Below are positions 28,752-38,843 of a stretch of DNA of 64,000 nucleotides, piece by piece. Numbering within the stretch: position 1 is the stretch's first letter; each line of letters starts with the position of its first letter. The notes beneath the pieces were generated by a model, which did no database searches, was not told the origin of the DNA, and saw nothing but the letters and a program-made list of their open reading frames with translations. A program made the position numbers and the translations under genes. The DNA is taken from the IMG/VR virus record IMGVR_UViG_3300027843_000001; one strand, written 5' to 3'. This DNA comes from a virus.

Positions 28752-31700
28752 ATGATAGATATTGTCCAATTTTCCCAAAGTGGCATCAACACCGACGCAG
28801 CCCCGGAACTGGTACCGAAAGGCGATTCCGATTATAGATTGAATTGCGTTATATCAAATAAAGGTAGATACGGGGTTATAACCAACATAAAAGGCAATGA
28901 AAAAATAACGGATATTTCTACGTGGTTTCCGGAAGGCAGTAACCCTACTTGCATTGGAAGTTGCTTGGACGAATCTCGGGATAGGATTATTTTCTTTGTA
29001 AAATCAGACACGGTTAATCACGCTATCTTCTATTTAGACGTAGCTACTCGTAACCTTGGACTTGTACTACAAGCATCTTACCTTGATTTCGGAGACTACG
29101 TAGAAGCTAATGTGGTACAGGATTATTTAATATGGACAGACGGTGTTAATGAGATAAGGGAGATAAATTATATTCGCGCCTATAATTATAATAATTCGGT
29201 ATCGACGACGTATATATACGACGCCATTGATGCGGATACGATATTACTGTACAAGAGGCCATACAATCTACCTTTGTATCCGGTAGGGAATGGGTCAACC
29301 TCCGGTAAACTCCGAGGCAAATCATTTCAGTTTGCTGTTAGGCTTGTTTATTTTGATGGCCAAAAGAGTGTTTTATCCCAATACTCTGGTTTATTCTGGG
29401 GGGACATATTTTCCAGTGTCAATGGCAAAGGGGATTATACAGAAGGGGATGCTTGGGATTCAATAGACCTGCCAATTTATCTCACATACAATGACCTAGA
29501 GAAGTGCGAAATACTCGTAAGGGATAACGAATTAAGCAATTGGTATTTGTACGACAGCGTGTCTGGGGCAGAAGGGAATTTTATTTACAATTTTGATGAT
29601 TCTAAATTAAGGCAGCAAGTCGATCAGAATGATCTAATCAGACCCTACGACTACATCCCTAAGCTGAATGGGCATCAAGAAATAATTGAAAAAAATAGAT
29701 TGTGTTTAGGACTTGTAACAGAGGGCTTTGCTCCGACAAACGTAGATGTTTCTGCCGGTCTTAACATAGTGGATGTGACAGACGTATTGGAGGGTAGGGT
29801 AGGCAGCGAATGGATACAGACTGACGGAAATGGTGACTACCATTATTTTACATACACGGGGTACTACCCTCAAAAAAGCACGTTCATTTTCAGCCTTTCC
29901 GTCTCCTGTTTTTCCAAAGTAATTAATGATCCGTGGCACATTATTGGCGTACCCCTCGCAGATGCGGCTACTCAAAACATGACCTTGACTTGGCAGTACA
30001 ACGCTTCTCCCAGCACAACGGTACATGATATAATGATGTACTTCCACAAACAATTACTTGCGTTATTCAACAACACATGGCAAGCTGTTTACCACTTAGA
30101 CCTTGGGAATTTCGGAGGTTACCCCGACGCCATCCGTATAAACCAGCACGTAGTGGCCATAGACCCTTCCAAGTTCAACGGCCTTGGTTATGTGCTTATA
30201 AGATCTGCCAACATATATAGCTTTGCTCCAAAGCGTACTGCCTACCCGACCGTGGTACCACTTGATAGTTATTTGGGGGAGATAACATATTACGACCGTA
30301 ATATGCGGTACTCAACAGCGAATAGATTCGCCACCCAAATAGACACCCCAAAGACTGTGTACAAAAGTGCGCTCAATTTTAAAATCAGAATAAAAAACAA
30401 GCCCCCTTTATGGGCGCACTATTACTCCGTAGGATTCTCTAAAAGGACTAAGAGGGGGTACTACGTGCAGTTAAAAATAAAGCAAGGGGACGATTATTTT
30501 TTCGGGGAAGACAGGCTGATGCGCATACGGGTGCAGTCCCTTATAAACTCCGCGCATACACTAAACCCAAATTGCAATATCGCCAATTATGAATATCAAG
30601 ATGGGGACAGGATTGTAATAAGAGAGTGCTTTTACGGGTCTGAATATTTCATATTGGCCACCTCGGAAACAGAATACTATGTGCAAGGGCAGGAATACCC
30701 CCAAGATGACCAATCTTACAAAAAGGATTACTCAACAAATAAAGCTTATTTGTTAGACGCGAACGGGAATAAAGTGTATGATACGTCGAGTACTTTTATA
30801 ATTGTTCCAATACTCGATACAACAACGTTCGATGGGTATGAGGCCTCTTGGTTTGGGTGGTTTTCCATAGAGCTGTACCGTCCGCAGAAGACTACGGACA
30901 AGCAGTTTTACTATCACGATAGTATATGCGCTATAGGAAACCCCGGAACGCCCCAAAATTATCACACGGGTAATATTCAAAACCAAAACCCGAACGCGCC
31001 CTCAGCAACACCAGCCATTTTTATTTCTAATTTTGCGGACTCCTATATAAAATTAAGGCTGTGCAAATACGTATTTGCCTGCTACGATTCAAATCATTCT
31101 GACTATCACGAATCCTCTTTTTACGGTTTTGGGCAGGCTAACTTCTATGACGAACACCAGAAAGAAAAAACATATTCAGAGAGGCTGCGATGGGGCGGCA
31201 AGATAGTAGAAGAATCCACCATAAACAATGTCAATAAATTTTTTGGGCTCGACTTTTTAGACCTAAGATCAAAGCACGGAAGTATTAACAGATTAGCAGA
31301 ATCGGGAGATATTCTCACCGTTCTTCAAGATAGAAAAGAATCCTCAATCTATGAGGGGCGTACTGAAATGATGAACGCTGATGGCTCTGGTAATGTGGTT
31401 GCTAATACCTCCGTATTAGGAACCGTCAATAGCAGGGACGAAGAATATGGGACTATTTTTGGTCAATCGGTTATCACTATAAACCGATCTACTTATTATT
31501 TTGACGTTTATAGTGCCGATGTGCTGCGGTCGTCCCCGAATGGAGCGATACCAATAGGTAGCAGATATGGGGCTTCCAAATACTTCACAACAAAATCCGC
31601 ACAGATACTTGCGGATGGTATTGACAATGTGAGCGTATTAGGCGGTTACGATAAGACAAATGAGATGTACGTACTTACTTTCGCTTTCAAACTCCACCCC

Positions 31701-32234
31701 GAGTACAACGAAACGATAGGTTTCTATGAGCCTCTTAACAAATGGGTTGGTATGTTCTCCTTCATCCCCGAAAACTATGCAAGGTCAGGCCAAGTCATGC
31801 TTTCGTTTGAGAATGGGAATGCCCTAATGCACAATTCTGACGCCGTTGCAAGATGCACTTTCAACGGAGTTAAATATCCTCAAGTGGTCAATTGGTATAG
31901 CAATGACCGAGGAGGAGTTAAGAAGATATTCAGAGCTTTGAGAATAAATAGCAACGTAGCTTGGAGCATCGACAATGTAACGATAGAACCAGATGCTACA
32001 TACGCGAGAGGGATGCAGTCCAAAATAGATAAGAAGCTGTTTAAGCTAAAAGAAGGTCATTTTGAGGCCCATTACATGAGAAACATGCTTACTAAGAACG
32101 GAAGTGCTTCGATGCTGCAATTAGTTAATGGTGATGAACTAAGGGGCTACTTTGTGAAAAACGAGATGTCTAATACTTCGGACGATGAAGTATGGCTGCT
32201 AGATATAGAAGTGAATTACCAAGACAGCTTATAA
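28752..32234 (+). CDS. Tail stabilisation / muzzle protein (crAss-like, P22 gp10-like)
   Basis: About 1160 aa beta-rich; N-terminal GINTD...DYRLNC...NIKGN and YLIWTDG motifs; C-terminal YFDVY and WVGMFSFIPE. TATCTTTG box at 28729-28736 argues for a start at 28752. Confidence 0.7.
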   Translation: MIDIVQFSQSGINTDAAPELVPKGDSDYRLNCVISNKGRYGVITNIKGNEKITDISTWFPEGSNPTCIGSCLDESRDRIIFFVKSDTVNHAIFYLDVATRNLGLVLQASYLDFGDYVEANVVQDYLIWTDGVNEIREINYIRAYNYNNSVSTTYIYDAIDADTILLYKRPYNLPLYPVGNGSTSGKLRGKSFQFAVRLVYFDGQKSVLSQYSGLFWGDIFSSVNGKGDYTEGDAWDSIDLPIYLTYNDLEKCEILVRDNELSNWYLYDSVSGAEGNFIYNFDDSKLRQQVDQNDLIRPYDYIPKLNGHQEIIEKNRLCLGLVTEGFAPTNVDVSAGLNIVDVTDVLEGRVGSEWIQTDGNGDYHYFTYTGYYPQKSTFIFSLSVSCFSKVINDPWHIIGVPLADAATQNMTLTWQYNASPSTTVHDIMMYFHKQLLALFNNTWQAVYHLDLGNFGGYPDAIRINQHVVAIDPSKFNGLGYVLIRSANIYSFAPKRTAYPTVVPLDSYLGEITYYDRNMRYSTANRFATQIDTPKTVYKSALNFKIRIKNKPPLWAHYYSVGFSKRTKRGYYVQLKIKQGDDYFFGEDRLMRIRVQSLINSAHTLNPNCNIANYEYQDGDRIVIRECFYGSEYFILATSETEYYVQGQEYPQDDQSYKKDYSTNKAYLLDANGNKVYDTSSTFIIVPILDTTTFDGYEASWFGWFSIELYRPQKTTDKQFYYHDSICAIGNPGTPQNYHTGNIQNQNPNAPSATPAIFISNFADSYIKLRLCKYVFACYDSNHSDYHESSFYGFGQANFYDEHQKEKTYSERLRWGGKIVEESTINNVNKFFGLDFLDLRSKHGSINRLAESGDILTVLQDRKESSIYEGRTEMMNADGSGNVVANTSVLGTVNSRDEEYGTIFGQSVITINRSTYYFDVYSADVLRSSPNGAIPIGSRYGASKYFTTKSAQILADGIDNVSVLGGYDKTNEMYVLTFAFKLHPEYNETIGFYEPLNKWVGMFSFIPENYARSGQVMLSFENGNALMHNSDAVARCTFNGVKYPQVVNWYSNDRGGVKKIFRALRINSNVAWSIDNVTIEPDATYARGMQSKIDKKLFKLKEGHFEAHYMRNMLTKNGSASMLQLVNGDELRGYFVKNEMSNTSDDEVWLLDIEVNYQDSL

Positions 32235-32249
32235 GCTGTCTTGGTAATT
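32214..32249. repeat. Perfect 36-bp palindrome centred next to the stop codon
   Basis: aattaccaagacagctta|taagctgtcttggtaatt. Confidence 0.9.
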
Positions 32250-32328
32250 TAAGTTTTTGTTCGCAAATCCTTAAAATTTCGTGGTGTTTCATGCTGATAC
32301 TCAGATTGGTTTAGATATATAATAGTTA
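32248..32328 (+). mobile_element. Platform A: attI-like site plus integrase 5' stub (81 bp)
   Basis: Copy of 46042-46122; encodes MKHHEILRICEQKLK on the minus strand; ends at the GTTA junction of the first cassette. Confidence 0.85.
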
Positions 32329-32332
32329 TGCT

Positions 32333-32635
32333 TCATGCTAAAGAAGCCTCTGCGATAATTTGGTCTGATAATGAATAAACCATTCTTTTAGCAGTTAAAA
32401 AAAGACTTCCAAAATCATCGGGTTGCCTTTGTCTTAGTTTTGCAAAGAATTTCATATCGGTTTTTACTTTGTCCAAAAATTCAGTTATCCAACCAACAGA
32501 AGTATCTCCTTGTGGTGGTAAATTACCATCGTGCATTACCCTGTAAAGTTCCACGCTCATCCAACTGTCAGTTGATTCCCACACATTATGAGATTCATTT
32601 ATTGAGTATTTCTCAAATAATTCTTGTTTTGTCAT
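32333..32635 (-). CDS. Cassette A1 gene 2, hypothetical
   Basis: Probable start MTKQELFEKY directly after the upstream TAA. Confidence 0.7.
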   Translation of the reverse strand: MTKQELFEKYSINESHNVWESTDSWMSVELYRVMHDGNLPPQGDTSVGWITEFLDKVKTDMKFFAKLRQRQPDDFGSLFLTAKRMVYSLSDQIIAEASLA

Positions 32636-32636
32636 T

Positions 32637-32855
32637 TTAGTAAATGTTATTTTCAGGTGTTTCAAAATCTTGTCTTTGTTCCAATCTGTCAGCAGTATCA
32701 CGCAAATGTTTAATCATATCCTCTCTATTTGCCGTTGATATGTAATTTGCTACTGCTGGGTTTCCATAAGGAAAAACTAAAATAGTACAACCGAAATCTT
32801 TAGGTAAGAATTTAAGCACACTATCTGCCATTTTTTGCATTGCTATTTTACTCAT
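32637..32855 (-). CDS. Cassette A1 gene 1, hypothetical
   Basis: 72 aa with an AT-rich leader. Confidence 0.7.
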   Translation of the reverse strand: MSKIAMQKMADSVLKFLPKDFGCTILVFPYGNPAVANYISTANREDMIKHLRDTADRLEQRQDFETPENNIY

Positions 32856-32901
32856 TTATATTTAGTTTTAAATTTATAATTAATTGAAATAAAGCACGAA
32901 A

Positions 32902-33030
32902 GCATAACACAAGCTATAACCAATAAAGGTTTTAGTGGTTTATTTAGCGTTGTAGCTCGCATCCAGTTCAGTATCGTTTGATAGCGCATCGTACCGTAAT
33001 CCTTTACTGGTCATAGCTTCAACGTTATAA
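32902..33030 (+). mobile_element. attC-like site A1 (129 bp)
   Basis: GCATAAC-ACAAG-CTATAACCAATAAAGG ... CCTTTACTGGTCATAG-CTTCAAC-GTTATAA. Confidence 0.85.
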
Positions 33031-33101
33031 GCAAGGCGGGGAAGTGCTTCTATTTAAGGTCATCGGTAATTTGATGAAAAATAAAAGCCCCCGCCAGCAA
33101 A

Positions 33102-33551
33102 TTAAGGAATGACAATACAATCAATTCCAAGTTCAACAGCAATATCATATTCCTCTTTTACGCCTTCAATCATATTACCAATAAATATTGCTACACCGTT
33201 TGTTTTCTTAATGTTTTCTAACATTAGCCTTCTATCCCAAACCAAAGCATCGCCGTCTAATGTTGTGCCGTACCAGCAAACAATGTGTTCAGATACCTTT
33301 TCCAAAAAATCCCAAACAGTTAATGGAATATTTTTTTCAATCAAAGTCTTTTTTGGTAAAAAGCAATGATGCAAAACTGAACGAGGTTCATCGTATTCCA
33401 TTTGAACATCATCCATTTTGTAACTTCTTTCTGAAAAATCAAATTGCCCTTGGTATTTATCACTTTCAAGCCATTCGTTAAATTTTTTATCTACACTTTC
33501 AACCGTTTGGTTTTTAATTGTGAAATGCAGCGAAATATCATACTTTTTCAT
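33102..33551 (-). CDS. Cassette A2 gene, hypothetical
   Basis: Probable start MKKYDISL; cassette ends GTTATAAGC / GCTTATAAC are complementary. Confidence 0.7.
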   Translation of the reverse strand: MKKYDISLHFTIKNQTVESVDKKFNEWLESDKYQGQFDFSERSYKMDDVQMEYDEPRSVLHHCFLPKKTLIEKNIPLTVWDFLEKVSEHIVCWYGTTLDGDALVWDRRLMLENIKKTNGVAIFIGNMIEGVKEEYDIAVELGIDCIVIP

Positions 33552-33633
33552 ATCGTTATGGGTTTTACAACGCCCGCCCAAGGCTTTTATTTTTAGTGTT
33601 TCAATTCAAGTTTAGTAAGTAAAATCGCCCAGC

Positions 33634-33763
33634 TTATAACACGTGGTATAAAACAAAGCGGTTTTAGTGGTTCTCTAAGCGTTGTACCCCGTACCATTTT
33701 TCCCTGCATCGGGAAAATGGTTTCTCCGCTCTCCGCTTCGATTTCATACCACAGCCGTTAGCT
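33634..33763 (+). mobile_element. attC-like site A2 (130 bp)
   Basis: TTATAAC-ACGTG-GTATAAAACAAAGCGG ... CCGCTTCGATTTCATAC-CACAGCC-GTTAGCT. Confidence 0.85.
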
Positions 33764-33770
33764 GCCATTC

Positions 33771-33841
33771 CTCAACAAATAAAGGTATTAATACCCGAAT
33801 AAAAAATATGTTATGCAGCACATAAAATTGGTATATTTGCA
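33771..33841 (+). promoter_or_regulatory. Promoter block (ATGTT-N4-AGCA motif plus TATATTTG)
   Basis: Related to the blocks at 48851-48917 and 52491-52557; precedes the ORF at 33864. Confidence 0.65.
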
Positions 33842-33863
33842 TAAACATTAATCCATTAGAACT

Positions 33864-34724
33864 ATGGCAAATTTAGTTAAATTAACCGTTTTAGACGGTG
33901 GTCGTTTGACCAGAAGGACGGGCAGCATGTACTTTAACACTTCCCGTATTATTAGTTTCAAAACTGTAACAGCCGGGACTTTGCTGTTCTACAATGACAA
34001 TCGTAACGGGTGGCGGGAAAAGCCCGCTAAGATTTTAGTTAGTGACTCGTATGCCACCATAGCCGCTGCCGCTGCCATCTATGCCCCCGGCAACCGAATC
34101 TCGGTCAGCATCTTACAGAAAGGTAGCGACGTTTATGCTTCGGCTGTAACCGGTAGTCTTTGCGTGGATGACATCGTACTGGCCTATGCCAACCCCGGAA
34201 ACACTTCTACCCAGACTTATTTGCTCTTGCAGCATGGTATTTGGACTGCTGTAGAATACGTTATAAGTTCTTCCATTGCTGCTTTCTACAATGCTTCTAA
34301 AAAGATTACCGATGGCGTTAATACTTTAGTGGTTACTATTGGTAGCATTGGATCGACTACGGACGACTACAAATTCACTTCCGCCGCAAATACCACTGAG
34401 CAGGTTATTACCCTTACAGGGGCTATCCCCGCTTTTGCTCGTATTTTGGATTGGGCGGTTATCACAACAACAGCTTTCACCGGTATAACCGGCCTCACTA
34501 CCGCAGTCGGTACAACCTCGAGTGGAACGGAATTGGTTACAGATACCTCCAACCTTGCTGCGAATACCATTCTCAGCGGAGCTATAGCTGGCGCGCCGTA
34601 CCTTGCGGGTTCTGCTACTGCGCAAAATATTTTCATCAGTTGTAACCCGACCGGTAACTGGTCAACTATGACGGGAGGGCAGTTGAAGGTAGTCATAACT
34701 TATGTTGATAGGGCTAATGCCTGA
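33864..34724 (+). CDS. Putative virion protein
   Basis: 286 aa, T/A/G-rich beta-type C-terminal domain; followed by a terminator. Confidence 0.6.
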   Translation: MANLVKLTVLDGGRLTRRTGSMYFNTSRIISFKTVTAGTLLFYNDNRNGWREKPAKILVSDSYATIAAAAAIYAPGNRISVSILQKGSDVYASAVTGSLCVDDIVLAYANPGNTSTQTYLLLQHGIWTAVEYVISSSIAAFYNASKKITDGVNTLVVTIGSIGSTTDDYKFTSAANTTEQVITLTGAIPAFARILDWAVITTTAFTGITGLTTAVGTTSSGTELVTDTSNLAANTILSGAIAGAPYLAGSATAQNIFISCNPTGNWSTMTGGQLKVVITYVDRANA

Positions 34725-34736
34725 TAACGCTTAACA

Positions 34737-34762
34737 GAAGGAGGCCGCCAACCTCCTTCTTC
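34737..34762 (+). terminator. Intrinsic terminator
   Basis: gaaggagg-ccgccaa-cctccttc. Confidence 0.65.
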
Positions 34763-34784
34763 ATTTCATAAAACACACGAACTT

Positions 34785-35468
34785 ATGGAGCTGACTAAAA
34801 AAGATATTAACGTATCCAAGCTAAAGTATGACCCTTTTGACCCGAAGACAGTCAAAGCTTTGCAGGAGTACGAGGAGTTTAAGCAGGATTTTGGGGTGGA
34901 TAAGCAAAAGTTGTTTGCGTACATAATTTTGATGTACGACATGGGTAGCGACTTACGCCATAAAATAGAATGGCTTAATCCCCGTAAAAAGCAAGCCGCG
35001 GAGCTTGCTAATTTTCCTAAAGCCGACAGGGGCAGCACATTTGAACCTAATTATGAGAATATCATCATAGGGGGCAACAAAAAAGCCAACTCGGCCATAT
35101 CCCGGTACATACGTCTATTTGCAAATCCAAAATACACGTTACTCATATATTATCAAACCATTTTAGCATCGGAGTTTGATAACCTTAATGACCGTAGCGC
35201 AAAATCTAGTGACTACAATAAGATACTCGGCAATATAAAAGCTTGCGATGCCGGCATAGAGAACTGTACTAGCGCATTATTTGGTGGTGATGAAGAAATA
35301 TCAAGCATAAAACTAGCCCTTTACGAAGACGCTGAGAGGGAAAACCTCGGCCTAAGACCAGAAGACGTAGCCTTAGACCTGAGTATCCTCGACGACATAA
35401 TAGCCAACAGTAATCCTTACGGCAAAGGTTATAAGCCAAGAGAATTAAAGTTTAAAGGGGATAAGTAG
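34785..35468 (+). CDS. Hypothetical protein, possible small terminase
   Basis: Helical 227 aa protein immediately upstream of TerL. Confidence 0.5.
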   Translation: MELTKKDINVSKLKYDPFDPKTVKALQEYEEFKQDFGVDKQKLFAYIILMYDMGSDLRHKIEWLNPRKKQAAELANFPKADRGSTFEPNYENIIIGGNKKANSAISRYIRLFANPKYTLLIYYQTILASEFDNLNDRSAKSSDYNKILGNIKACDAGIENCTSALFGGDEEISSIKLALYEDAERENLGLRPEDVALDLSILDDIIANSNPYGKGYKPRELKFKGDK

Positions 35469-35469
35469 T

Positions 35470-37785
35470 ATGAAATATAATTATCTACCCGCTGATGAGT
35501 CATTTGTGGTTAATAATGGGCATCCTAAAGGGATTGACCGGGATTCCTATCTAAAGCCAATCCGCGTATTACTCCCTGAACCGCCTCCTTTAGAACTTAT
35601 TGAAGGATACGGCCTCCCCCCGAAAGAACAGAGATGGAGACCCCCAAAAATGCCGGATAAATTAACCTTGCTGCAAAAAAAGATAATAAGGGATTTCAGC
35701 GATGACGATAAGCAGAAAAGCTATTACGTTGTTGTTGACAGGATATGGGAAGAAATAGAAAATAACCAGGAAGACTATAAGGACGAAATAGAATGGATAA
35801 AGTACCAATGGTATTATAGAACGCAAGGGTATTGGTTCTTTAACAACGGTAAGCCTACATATATAACCGGATGGCATTGGTTCTTTTTATCCTATTGGCA
35901 CTTGGAGGGGGTTAAATTACCGGAATACAGGGATAGGACTAGGCGTACTTTTCTGTTCTGGGATTACATATCTAAAACAAGGGAGTCTTTCAAGTATCTG
36001 GATGCTGATGGCAACGCCATATCCAATGACGACGGGACTTACGATATGATAGAAATGCCAGTACGTACCTTTTATGGCGTTGGTCAGGGCAAAGGCCGGC
36101 GGGAGGGCGTGTCCAATATGTCGCAAGCTGCCCAATTTGAGACCTGCTCACGGGAACAGGGAGCCATAGGCGCCATCTTTTCAATGAACGCTACGAGTGC
36201 ATACAAGTTGTTTTACGAAAAAACCGTACAAGCTTTTTCTAAGATACCTTTCTTTTTCCTGCCTAAGTGGGATGGCTACTTTAAGCAATCTACTTCTATC
36301 GACTTCGAAAATCCAAAAAATGTTACTTCTGGTTTGGAACTAAAAAGCGCAATATCTTATGCGCAGTCAGCTTTTGGCGATGCTTATGATGGCGGTAAAC
36401 TCCGGTTCGCCATATTTGATGAAAGTGGAAAGACTAAGGACTGCGATATAACAAAAAGATGGGATACACATAAGAGGGGGTTAGCCCTTGGTGAAGGTGC
36501 CAGCATATTTGGCTTTTGTATTCACCCATCTACTACCGAAGATATGGAACTTAAAGGTGGGGCTAATTATCAGAAATTTCTTATTGACTCGGATTTTTAT
36601 AACCGAAACCCTGTAAACGGGCAGACAAAAACGGGATGCGCTAATATCTTTCTACCTTTCTATGATGGTATGGAGAGTTTTATTGACCCTTTCGGTAACT
36701 CCATAATAGATGAACCAACGGATGAGCAAATAAAAACTGGTTTTAAGTTCCGGACAGGCTCCTACCAATTTCTTAAATCGGGCCGGGACAGACTCCTAAA
36801 CAGCAAAGACCCCAGAGATATGGTCAAATACAGGGAAATGGTAGTCAAGCAGCCCTTCAACTTTATGGAGATGTTCTCGCTGTCTTCCGGCAACCCTATT
36901 TTCAACCTTGACATAGTTAATAAGCGTTGCTCAGAGTTGGCCACAATGCCAGACCCTTATATACGTGGTAATTTTGAGTTCACGGGCGAAGAATTTAATA
37001 GTGACGTTAGGTTCATACCTTGCTCTGATGGCCGTTGTGAGGTATCACTCGTGCTATCCCCTGAGCAAGCCAATTTGCGGCATAAAGAGTTCATATTAGA
37101 CAGGTTCACTGGTGAACAACGCGAAGTATGGGCACCAAATTTACAGCATATTGGTGTCGTAGGCGTTGACCCTTATAAGTCAAGCGGGGGTGATAAAAAG
37201 ATGGCGGCCAAGACTGGTTACTATGCGTCAGATGGAGGCATAGCAGCTTTTAAGATAGGCGACAAATACGAACTTAGTGAGGAAGCATTATCATTCGAAT
37301 ACCCCAGGTTCGTTGTCGTTTACCGCAACAGGCCACTGAGTAAAATATTTTATAAAGATGCGATAGCTATTGCGCAATATTACGGGTTTATGATATATCC
37401 GGAAACCAACGTTGATCAGTTTCTTGATTTTGTATCTGACCATAACTACGACGGGTATTTCCTGTACGACTGGGACGAGAATAAGATGGACTTCAAGCAG
37501 AAGCCGGGGGTGTTTCAATTAACAGCCAGCAAAGAGATAGGCTGGGACGAAATACGTAATTATATAGAGTTCCGGGGTCATAAGGAACGGCATTCGTCTC
37601 TACTTAAAGAGTTTTCTCAACTTAGTACTTTCGAGGATTTAGGGCGCAATGACATGGCCGCTGCCGCATTGTGCGCGTTACTTGGAGCGCGAGGTTTGTC
37701 CCGACGATACAAAAGGGCTGAGATGGTAGAAGAAACAAACGGCTATGACGATTGGGCTTCTATGGATGATGACTTTATGCTGTAA
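35470..37785 (+). CDS. terL: Terminase large subunit (crAss-like type)
   Basis: GKGRREGVS ATPase motif, Walker B FAIFDESGK, nuclease motifs VGVDPY and IYPETN. Confidence 0.9.
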   Translation: MKYNYLPADESFVVNNGHPKGIDRDSYLKPIRVLLPEPPPLELIEGYGLPPKEQRWRPPKMPDKLTLLQKKIIRDFSDDDKQKSYYVVVDRIWEEIENNQEDYKDEIEWIKYQWYYRTQGYWFFNNGKPTYITGWHWFFLSYWHLEGVKLPEYRDRTRRTFLFWDYISKTRESFKYLDADGNAISNDDGTYDMIEMPVRTFYGVGQGKGRREGVSNMSQAAQFETCSREQGAIGAIFSMNATSAYKLFYEKTVQAFSKIPFFFLPKWDGYFKQSTSIDFENPKNVTSGLELKSAISYAQSAFGDAYDGGKLRFAIFDESGKTKDCDITKRWDTHKRGLALGEGASIFGFCIHPSTTEDMELKGGANYQKFLIDSDFYNRNPVNGQTKTGCANIFLPFYDGMESFIDPFGNSIIDEPTDEQIKTGFKFRTGSYQFLKSGRDRLLNSKDPRDMVKYREMVVKQPFNFMEMFSLSSGNPIFNLDIVNKRCSELATMPDPYIRGNFEFTGEEFNSDVRFIPCSDGRCEVSLVLSPEQANLRHKEFILDRFTGEQREVWAPNLQHIGVVGVDPYKSSGGDKKMAAKTGYYASDGGIAAFKIGDKYELSEEALSFEYPRFVVVYRNRPLSKIFYKDAIAIAQYYGFMIYPETNVDQFLDFVSDHNYDGYFLYDWDENKMDFKQKPGVFQLTASKEIGWDEIRNYIEFRGHKERHSSLLKEFSQLSTFEDLGRNDMAAAALCALLGARGLSRRYKRAEMVEETNGYDDWASMDDDFML

Positions 37786-37789
37786 AAAA

Positions 37790-37821
37790 ATCCCAAGTGA
37801 GCATCACTGCTGACTTGGGAT
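37790..37821. terminator. Bidirectional terminator hairpin
   Basis: atcccaagt ... acttgggat between convergent genes. Confidence 0.7.
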
Positions 37822-37894
37822 AACCAATAGTGTTGAAATGAAATGTAATTCTGAGAACAAAGTAAACTAATTTATGGTGAATAAAAAATATGTT

Positions 37895-38839
37895 TTACGG
37901 CATAGATTTTCGAGCCTTCATTAGACCTTCCACTCTTTTACGATAATCTTCGGGCTGCTTAGATAAGTCCACTTGCTCTACGTATTTAGATTTTATAGAA
38001 GCAGGCAACTTGTTAAACCCTTTCCATTTTTCGTATTCCGCTTCGTCTATGTCCTTAGTTGAACCGTCGTGATACTTTATTCTAAACCTCCTACCGGGTT
38101 TGTTCATACGGGTTTCCCCCTTATCATTAACAGAATAATAACTGTTGTCGTATGAGGGTTCTACACTCTCCACTTGTCGATAATAGCTTTCTGGACTTTT
38201 TTCCGATTCGGTACTCGTAAATTTTTGGGGCTTGTAATCGATAGCGGTGCCAGATATTATAATTGGATTACCCTGCGCGTCAATTTTATATTTTTCATAT
38301 TTACCCGTGGATTTGTTCTTTATGTAGGGGCCTTCCGCAAATTTTATCACGTCACTTTTATCATAATTGCCTTTCCCAAAAACGCCCGGCTGAGTACTAC
38401 TGTACTTACTCTCTAACTGCTTATATGTCGGATCATCAGACGCTATTTTGCGAAGCGATGGGGTCTCGGGGTCTAAGTAATAGCCTAATTTTTTGCCGAA
38501 GGTCTGGTTATACCGATCAATATATGATCGAGACAGGTTGGTAACTTTGGGCGCTTCATCCTCAGACGAGGGTCGAAACAGCACATGAGCATATCTATTT
38601 ATACTTTCGGGATCTCTGTATAAATTAGGATTAGATGCACCACCCGCTTCATTTATTTCCTTCGCCGCCTCATAGGACATAGATCCCTCTGGACGTGTAA
38701 TTAAAGATGCCTTATAAGCTGCGTCCCCCTTTAGCTTTGGGATCGGGTTCCGGTTAAAATAATCAGCAAATTGCGGATTCTTGTTTACAAAAGCCGCTAC
38801 CTCAGAATCGGAATACTCGTTTTTTTTATCTTCTGGCAT
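37895..38839 (-). CDS. Hypothetical protein
   Basis: 314 aa ORF following the portal gene. Confidence 0.7.
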   Translation of the reverse strand: MPEDKKNEYSDSEVAAFVNKNPQFADYFNRNPIPKLKGDAAYKASLITRPEGSMSYEAAKEINEAGGASNPNLYRDPESINRYAHVLFRPSSEDEAPKVTNLSRSYIDRYNQTFGKKLGYYLDPETPSLRKIASDDPTYKQLESKYSSTQPGVFGKGNYDKSDVIKFAEGPYIKNKSTGKYEKYKIDAQGNPIIISGTAIDYKPQKFTSTESEKSPESYYRQVESVEPSYDNSYYSVNDKGETRMNKPGRRFRIKYHDGSTKDIDEAEYEKWKGFNKLPASIKSKYVEQVDLSKQPEDYRKRVEGLMKARKSMP

Positions 38840-38843
38840 GACG

